From Dehalococcoidia bacterium (GTDB lineage Bacteria; Chloroflexota; Dehalococcoidia; Lucifugimonadales; GCA-2712585): a stretch of 64,000 nucleotides of DNA. Shown in pieces: positions 58,132 to 64,000 of this stretch (position 1 is its first letter; every line of letters starts with the position of its first letter). The stretch spans positions 630,844 to 694,843 of the forward strand of contig OY762063.1 of the NCBI GenBank assembly GCA_963665075.1, read 5' to 3'. The notes under the pieces are model-generated. The model was not told the origin of the DNA, searched no databases, and worked only from the letters and a program-made list of their open reading frames with translations. Position numbers and translations under genes: made by a program.

Positions 58132-58207
58132 AACCCAATCCACATCGTCTATCCCCTTGAACCATATCCCACCGTTCGCGTCCCAATCTGTAGACTGAAA
58201 AAACCCC

Positions 58208-59104
58208 ATGAGAATCGCATTCATCGGCACGGGAAACATCGGCAACCCTATGGCCCGCCACGTCCTCGAAGCCGGCCACCAACTCACCGTCCACGACCTG
58301 AACCGCGAATCCACCATCAACCTTGAGGAGATGGGCGCGACCTTTGCCCCCACTCCCCAGGCCGCCGCCGCCGGCAGCGCCGTCATCTTCACCTCCCTCC
58401 CAGGCCCCCGCGAAGTCGAAGCCGTCGCCCTCGGCCCCCAATCCATCATCGAAGGCGCGCAGGCCGGCGCAGTCTACGTTGATCTCTCCACCAGCTCCCC
58501 CAGCCTGGCCCGCCGCATCTACGACGAATACAAAGCCCGCGGCGTCCACGCCCTCGACGCCCCCGTCAGCGGCGGCGTCCCCGGCGCCGAGGCCGCCACC
58601 CTCGCCGTCATGGTCGGCGGCGACCGCGACGCCTTCGAAAAAGTCTCCCCCGTCCTCCGCGCCATCGGCGACAAGCTCATCTACTGCGGCCCGCCCGGCA
58701 GCGGCATGGTCTGCAAAATCTGCAACAACCTCGTCACCATGAGCCTCGCCGCCTTCCTCCCCGAAGTCCTCACCCTCGGCGTCGAGGCCGGCGTCGATCT
58801 CAAGACCGTCGCCAAGGCCATCACCAGCGGCTCCGGCAACAACTGGGTTCTGGAAGGAAAATTCCCCACCACTCTCTTCCGCGGCAACTTCGACCCCGGC
58901 TTTACCCTCAACCTTGCCGCCAAGGACGTGCATCTCGCCACCGAACTCGGACGCGAATTGGGACTGCCGATGGAAGCGTCCAACCTCTTCGCCCAGACCT
59001 ACCGCGCCGCCCTCCGCAAGGGCTTGGGCGACCTGGACGCCGACGCCGTAGCCCTCCTCTACGAAGGACGAACCGGCACCAAGCTCCGCGTCAACGACGC
59101 CTAA
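58208..59104 (+). CDS. NAD(P)-dependent beta-hydroxyacid dehydrogenase (3-hydroxyisobutyrate/6-phosphogluconate dehydrogenase-like)
   Basis: MRIAFIGTGNIGNPMA Rossmann start, DAPVSGG motif and KICNN motif. Confidence 0.8.
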   Translation: MRIAFIGTGNIGNPMARHVLEAGHQLTVHDLNRESTINLEEMGATFAPTPQAAAAGSAVIFTSLPGPREVEAVALGPQSIIEGAQAGAVYVDLSTSSPSLARRIYDEYKARGVHALDAPVSGGVPGAEAATLAVMVGGDRDAFEKVSPVLRAIGDKLIYCGPPGSGMVCKICNNLVTMSLAAFLPEVLTLGVEAGVDLKTVAKAITSGSGNNWVLEGKFPTTLFRGNFDPGFTLNLAAKDVHLATELGRELGLPMEASNLFAQTYRAALRKGLGDLDADAVALLYEGRTGTKLRVNDA

Positions 59105-60258
59105 CCGTCGCCCTCCACAAACACCCCATCCCTCAGACGAAACACCGCCGCCTTCGACAGGTAATCGTCGCTGAAAGGCTCCACGTCCGTCGCCGTTATC
59201 ACCGATTGACCATACCCCAGCACCCGCTCCAACACCTGCTCCCGCCGCCCTTCGTCCAACTCCGATAGTATGTCGTCCAGCAGCACCAGCGGCTCCCCTT
59301 TGAACGACGAAAGGTACTGCGCCTCCGAAAGCCGCAGCGTCAACGCCAGCGTCCGCGCCTGCCCCCGCGACGAATACACCCCCATGTCCACGTCGTTGAC
59401 CATCAGTTGAAAGTCGTCCCGGTGCGGCCCGAGAGCCGTCGAGCCTATCCGTATTTCCCGCTCCCTCAACGCTTCCAACCCCTTCTGAAATTCCACGGCG
59501 CAATCTCCGGCGGCGGGCGCAACGCTCGGCATATACTCCAACCTCAACTCCTCCGCGCCGCCCGTCAACTCCCGCTGCGTCGCTCTCGCCATCTCCGCCA
59601 AAACCGACATCGTCTCCGTCCTCTGACGCACTATCAGCGAACCCTGCTCCACCAGCTGCTCGTCCCAGAACGCCATCTCGCTCCCCCCCGCGCGCCTGTC
59701 GCGGATGAGCTTCAGCAGCTGATTGCGCTGGTGCAGCACCTTCTGATAGCGCTGCAACGCCCGCAGATACGCGGGGCTCGACTGCGAAATCAGGATGTCT
59801 AAATACCGCCGACGGACCGAAGGCGAACCCTGCACCAGCCGTATGTCCTCCGCCGAAAACAGCGTCACGTTCAGCAGCCCCACCAACTCCGACGCCGTCC
59901 GCCGCACCCCGTCCACCCGCACCTCTTTCCGAACCGATTGAATCTGTCCTCCGTCGGCGCCGCCCCGCGCTCGCAGGTAAGGCTGATACCCGACGATAAT
60001 CCGCGTCCGGCTCTCCTCCCCCTGCACCGTCCCGTCCACCGCCGCCTGCTCAAGACCCGACGCCGCCTCCCAATTCACCACCTCCCGCTCGTTCTCCGCG
60101 CGAAACGACTTGGCAATCGCCAGCAGATAGATGGCTTCGAGCACGGTCGTCTTCCCCTGCGCGTTCGCCCCCACCAACAGGCTCGGCCCCACGGGCAGAG
60201 CCGCTTCCAGCCTTCGAAAAGACCGGAAATTAACCAGATTGAGACGTGCCAGGTACAT
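59101..60258 (-). CDS. recF: DNA replication and repair protein RecF
   Basis: MYLARLNLVNFRSF..., Walker A GANAQGKTTVLEAI, signature SRGQARTLAL, Walker B LVLLDDILSELD. Confidence 0.85.
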   Translation of the reverse strand: MYLARLNLVNFRSFRRLEAALPVGPSLLVGANAQGKTTVLEAIYLLAIAKSFRAENEREVVNWEAASGLEQAAVDGTVQGEESRTRIIVGYQPYLRARGGADGGQIQSVRKEVRVDGVRRTASELVGLLNVTLFSAEDIRLVQGSPSVRRRYLDILISQSSPAYLRALQRYQKVLHQRNQLLKLIRDRRAGGSEMAFWDEQLVEQGSLIVRQRTETMSVLAEMARATQRELTGGAEELRLEYMPSVAPAAGDCAVEFQKGLEALREREIRIGSTALGPHRDDFQLMVNDVDMGVYSSRGQARTLALTLRLSEAQYLSSFKGEPLVLLDDILSELDEGRREQVLERVLGYGQSVITATDVEPFSDDYLSKAAVFRLRDGVFVEGDG

Positions 60259-60311
60259 TCGTGACCGCCTTCGCCGCCGGGAATCAGGCGACAACGCCGC
60301 GCCGCGGGAAG

Positions 60312-61064
60312 CTAGTCCGTGTCTTCCATCGCCTGAATCTCCCGCTCCAGATCCTCCACCTTCAACGCGTCATCGTCGGAGAGTCCGTAGCAGCGCTCCA
60401 GGTACAACTGAGCCAGGCGCGTCCCCCGGCTGGAAGAATCCTCGGCAGCGTCGATCAGCTTCCCCACGTGGTATCGCTCAGGCAGAAAGCGGGCCAGCGT
60501 GCGAAGCTCGTTGCCCACCTCTTCCCGCATCTCGCTGTCACGACCCTCCACGGCGTAACGGAACTTTACCACCAGCTTCGATAGCTCGTTCAGGCGGTCC
60601 TTCTCTCCCAACAGGCTGTACATCACCTCGTTGACGCCCAGCCCCTCGTCCTCCGGCTCCTCCAACACGGGAACCTTCTGCGAATCATCGAACTTCGACC
60701 AGATTTCGGAGTATTCGTGGGCAATCTCCCCCACCGCCTGCATCCCGCCCGCCACGTCCTGCGGCGAATGAAGCCCGCCGTATATCAGGTCGTCCCCACG
60801 CGCTTCCGCCAACTGAATCAGCCGCTCGTAGCCGTCCACGTCCTCAGGCACGGGCGGCATGGGAAAGGACGAAATCTCCGCCGCCGACGCCGCCCCAAGG
60901 GAGGAGGCCAGGAAGGGCGGGACGTATTTCGCGATGTTCACGGGAAGCGGAAACACCACCACGTAGGTGGCGTACAGCTTCTCCGAGTCCATGCTGTCCC
61001 GGAAATAAACCAGCGCGTGACCGCGCGGGTTCTCAGAATTGCCGATTTCAAATTCTAAAGCCAT
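60312..61064 (-). CDS. Hypothetical acidic protein (250 aa)
   Basis: Long host-GC ORF with no competing frame. No family recognised. Confidence 0.45.
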   Translation of the reverse strand: MALEFEIGNSENPRGHALVYFRDSMDSEKLYATYVVVFPLPVNIAKYVPPFLASSLGAASAAEISSFPMPPVPEDVDGYERLIQLAEARGDDLIYGGLHSPQDVAGGMQAVGEIAHEYSEIWSKFDDSQKVPVLEEPEDEGLGVNEVMYSLLGEKDRLNELSKLVVKFRYAVEGRDSEMREEVGNELRTLARFLPERYHVGKLIDAAEDSSSRGTRLAQLYLERCYGLSDDDALKVEDLEREIQAMEDTD

Positions 61065-61129
61065 CAGACTCCCAGAAATGCTTTTGCTCTAGTCGCAGTC
61101 AAGATTGTAACGGATAAAGTATAACCCAT

Positions 61130-61522
61130 CTACGCCCGCCATATGACCGCCGTTGTCTCTACTTCCACTCGAAACTCCGGCTCCGCCAGCCCGCTAATCA
61201 ACACCAGCGTACTCGCCGGAGGATTGCTTCCCGTGAGATGCCTGTCCCTAGCGACACGGAATCCAGGAATGTCCTCCCGGTGCGTAAGATACACCGTTAT
61301 CTTCGTCATATCCTCGAATCCCGCGCCCACCGACGCCAACGCCGCTTTCAGATTCAGAAACACCTGATCCGTCTGCGATTCAATGTCGGCGCCGGCCAGC
61401 GTCCCATCTGGACGCCTGCCCACCTGCCCCGAAATATACGCGACGTCGCCCGCCTTTACCACGTGGGTGAATCCCCGCGGCGGGGCTACGTCCGAAGGAT
61501 TGATGTGTTCCAACGCCATCAT
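61130..61522 (-). CDS. RidA/YjgF-family reactive-intermediate deaminase
   Basis: 130 aa. ...GDVAYISGQVG... and C-terminal VEVETTAV are typical of the family. Confidence 0.7.
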   Translation of the reverse strand: MMALEHINPSDVAPPRGFTHVVKAGDVAYISGQVGRRPDGTLAGADIESQTDQVFLNLKAALASVGAGFEDMTKITVYLTHREDIPGFRVARDRHLTGSNPPASTLVLISGLAEPEFRVEVETTAVIWRA

Positions 61523-62022
61523 GAGCCTCCTCTATGAAATGGACGGTCAACCGGCTTGAAGAATAGTATATCCTGAATGCTTCCCGTGCGTACCTCTCGC
61601 CACTGCGGCTCCACCTTCATTCCCGTCCGAATCCGCCCCGGATCTATCCCGCCAATCCGGTGGACGATGCCGCCCCGCACTCCCTCCCAGCCAATGACCG
61701 CCGCCGCCACCGGCTCCGACAGAGCCTCCTCGTCCAGATTCCGATGCACCAACGTAAAGGTCTTGACGTAGCCCGGCCCTTCCACGCGACTCCATTCCGG
61801 CGTCTCCACGAAGCACCGCTCGCAGTATATCTTCGGCAGCAGAAACCTGTCCCCGCATCCCGTACACATGGAAGCCAGAATCGCCTTCTCGTCCCTCAGC
61901 GCGGCGAAAAACCTCTGCCCCGCGACCCCCACCGTGTACCGATGGTGGATGGGAATGTTCCCCCGCCACTGGGCTATCCGCTCCTGGCTTTCCGCTTCTA
62001 CGATAACGTCCTGCATCGTCAA
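61519..62022 (-). CDS. DUF35 OB-fold / Zn-ribbon acyl-CoA-associated protein
   Basis: CTGCGDRFLLPKIYCERC zinc ribbon followed by an OB-fold-like region. Adjacent to thiolase-like genes. Confidence 0.6.
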   Translation of the reverse strand: MTMQDVIVEAESQERIAQWRGNIPIHHRYTVGVAGQRFFAALRDEKAILASMCTGCGDRFLLPKIYCERCFVETPEWSRVEGPGYVKTFTLVHRNLDEEALSEPVAAAVIGWEGVRGGIVHRIGGIDPGRIRTGMKVEPQWREVRTGSIQDILFFKPVDRPFHRGGS

Positions 62023-62042
62023 CTCTTTGCGCCTACGAGTTA

Positions 62043-62618
62043 TCAGTCAATCAACCTGAAATATCGAATGTCCGTGATAGAACCCTCCCGCTCCTCCGGC
62101 GGCTTCCACACCGCCTGCACCCTCTTCCCAATCGCCACCCTCGACCTCACCGACTCCAAATCTTCGCCAACCTCCCCCAGCACGTGCAGAATCCCCATCC
62201 CCGGACTCGCCCCGTCAATCTCAATCACCGCCGGAACCTCCGGCGTCTCCCGCCGCGTCGCGTCCCAGTTAACGAAGCTCACGGAAAACGTGTTGATAAC
62301 CCCCGTGTCCTCCAGCTTCGTCCACCGGTCCATCGGCACGTAGCACAATTCGCAAAACGCCCTCGGCGGAATCACCGTCCGCTTGCACTCGCCGCACCGC
62401 ACCCCCAGAATCTCCCCATCCTTCAACCCCGCCATGAACCGCCCCACGGCGGCTCCCGTGTCCCACTCGTATTCCATCTTGCCCCGCCAGCGCGTCGCGA
62501 AAACCTCGCCCTGTGTCAAGGCCTGGTCGGTCAGTGACGTTCCCGCAAACGGCTCCACGTTCCCTAACCCTGCTTTCCTAGAATAACCACCGTGCCCACC
62601 TGCATCAGGTCCCCCCAC
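62043..62618 (-). CDS. DUF35 OB-fold / Zn-ribbon protein (second copy; start probably internal)
   Basis: CGECKRTVIPPRAFCELC zinc ribbon. The annotated start overlaps the upstream thiolase gene by 55 nt. Confidence 0.55.
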   Translation of the reverse strand: MGGPDAGGHGGYSRKAGLGNVEPFAGTSLTDQALTQGEVFATRWRGKMEYEWDTGAAVGRFMAGLKDGEILGVRCGECKRTVIPPRAFCELCYVPMDRWTKLEDTGVINTFSVSFVNWDATRRETPEVPAVIEIDGASPGMGILHVLGEVGEDLESVRSRVAIGKRVQAVWKPPEEREGSITDIRYFRLID

Positions 62619-63748
62619 GCCTGCGCCAAACCCCGCTGCACCGACCGCTTCACCTGCCGCTTACCCGCCCGCCCCTCCAACTGCCAGAATATCTCCGCCA
62701 CCTTCATCACTCCCGCCGCCGAAATCGGATTCCCTACCCCGATCAGCCCCCCCGACGGCGTCGCCGGTATCCCCGTCTCAGTGTCCCTGTCCCAAAAACC
62801 CTCCTCAACCAAGCGCGGCGCCTCCCCCTTGTCCGCCAACTGCAACCCCTCCAGGTGGTGCAACTCCTTGTATGCGAAGGGATCATACGGCTCCACCACG
62901 TGAATCTCCTTCCGCGGGTCCGTAACCCCGGCCATCTTGTACGCCATCCGCGCCGCCTTCTCCACGTACCTCGGATAGTACAAGTCCCGGTTCGTCCAAT
63001 AGGACGTGTCCAGATTCCAGCCGACCCCCTCAATCCACACCGGGTCCAGCCCCCGCTTCTTCACGAACTCCTCCGAAGCCAGCACCATCGCCCCCGCGCC
63101 GTCGCTCACCGGCGACACCATCAGCCTCTGCACCGGCCAGGCCATCACCTCCGAATCCATTATCTGCTCCAACGTATAGTCGCCGGAAATCCCCGACTGT
63201 GACGAAGGATGGTCCATCCCGTTCCGCTTGTTCTTCTGAGCCACCCTCGCGAACGTCTCCATCGGCACGCCGTGGGTGGTCATGTACCGGTTCATCTCAA
63301 GCGAGAATATCCATAGCAGATTCACGCCCAAAGGCCGCTCCAAAAACTGATCGTAGATGGCGTTGAAGCACCCCTGCGGATGCGGCAGCGCCGACGACAT
63401 CTTCTCCTCGCCCACCACCAGACACGTGTCGAAATTCCCGCTGGCGATGTGATACCACCCGTTGATGATGCCGAACACTCCCGACCCGCCGCCAACGTAG
63501 CTCCGCATGAACGGCTTGCCCCGCGCCCCCGACCCATCCGCCAGATACTCCCCGTTCATGTGCACCCCGTCGAAGGCGTCCGGCGCCGTCACCGACACCA
63601 CCGCGTCCACGTCGCCGATTTCCATAGAAGCGTCGTCCAACGCAGCCCGCGCCGCCTCGAACGCCAACTCTTTCGGCGTCTCCAAAGCCCGACGCATGAA
63701 CCGCGTCAGACCCGCTCCCAGCACCGCAACCCTGTTTCTATATGCCAC
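62564..63748 (-). CDS. Thiolase-like (SCP-x/non-specific lipid-transfer type) protein
   Basis: 394 aa; MAYRNRVAVLGAG... and C-terminal ...GLIGVGNPISAAGV... are typical of the DUF35-associated thiolase family. Confidence 0.7.
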   Translation of the reverse strand: MAYRNRVAVLGAGLTRFMRRALETPKELAFEAARAALDDASMEIGDVDAVVSVTAPDAFDGVHMNGEYLADGSGARGKPFMRSYVGGGSGVFGIINGWYHIASGNFDTCLVVGEEKMSSALPHPQGCFNAIYDQFLERPLGVNLLWIFSLEMNRYMTTHGVPMETFARVAQKNKRNGMDHPSSQSGISGDYTLEQIMDSEVMAWPVQRLMVSPVSDGAGAMVLASEEFVKKRGLDPVWIEGVGWNLDTSYWTNRDLYYPRYVEKAARMAYKMAGVTDPRKEIHVVEPYDPFAYKELHHLEGLQLADKGEAPRLVEEGFWDRDTETGIPATPSGGLIGVGNPISAAGVMKVAEIFWQLEGRAGKRQVKRSVQRGLAQAWGDLMQVGTVVILGKQG

Positions 63749-63757
63749 GATGCATCC

Positions 63758-64000
63758 TCATACGCCCGCCTCCAGAATGGCAACGCCTCCGCTTGCGGTA
63801 GGTACGCCCCGCCACGATTGCGCCAAACCGACTCTCACATCCTGCAACTGACGCCATTGCGCCTTTCCTCGAAGCTGCAACACAACCTCCAACACGCTGC
63901 GAATCCCCGAAAGGTCGTGCGTGTATCCACACCCCAGATTCCCCCCCGAAACGTTCACCGGCAAACGACCGTCGAAACCAAACTCCCCCGCTTCAAGCAT
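63758..64000 (-). CDS. Second thiolase-like protein, C-terminal part (5' end outside window)
   Basis: ...NVSGGNLGCGYTHDLSGIRSVLEVVLQLRGKA... resembles a thiolase C-terminal block. The frame is open to the window edge. Confidence 0.55.
   Translation of the reverse strand: MLEAGEFGFDGRLPVNVSGGNLGCGYTHDLSGIRSVLEVVLQLRGKAQWRQLQDVRVGLAQSWRGVPTASGGVAILEAGV

Overview
High-GC bacterial chromosomal segment. Spot counts of single 60-nt lines give about 65% G+C in the backbone. The 16S rRNA looks Chloroflexota-like by eye, but this is unverified. The backbone carries amide/ureide-type catabolic genes: two amidases, two amidohydrolases, a PuuE-like deacetylase, a ureidoglycolate-lyase-like protein and an Ldh_2 dehydrogenase. 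It also carries four orphan family-5 ABC substrate-binding lipoproteins with long Pro/Ala/Thr linkers, MgtE, OtsA, RecF, a CPA2 antiporter, thiolase/DUF35 genes, six tRNAs, and a stand-alone 16S rRNA gene with its own processing stem and terminator (no 23S/5S). Three visibly AT-richer insertions (spot counts about 40-50% G+C) carry defence-type cargo and no integrase or transposase. (1) 25.8-29.2 kb holds one 1,089-aa GHKL-ATPase/DUF3883 protein directly behind the 16S terminator. (2) 32.9-37.65 kb holds a HerA-like ATPase / NurA-like nuclease / amino-DNA-methyltransferase operon, abutting a decayed copy of the tRNA-Glu/tRNA-Gln pair whose intact copy lies 20 kb downstream. (3) 49.6-55.5 kb holds a cysteine desulfurase / DndC-like / DUF262-DUF1524 / GIY-YIG / DGQHR cassette. 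This cassette sits exactly where the Cascade genes of a type I-E CRISPR-Cas locus should be: cas3 is cut after helicase motif III and cas1 lacks about 50 N-terminal codons, while cas2 and a 19-repeat array remain. Cassettes (2) and (3) are my best candidates for undescribed or non-canonical defence systems. All family assignments rest on motifs read by eye from the ORF track, not on database searches.
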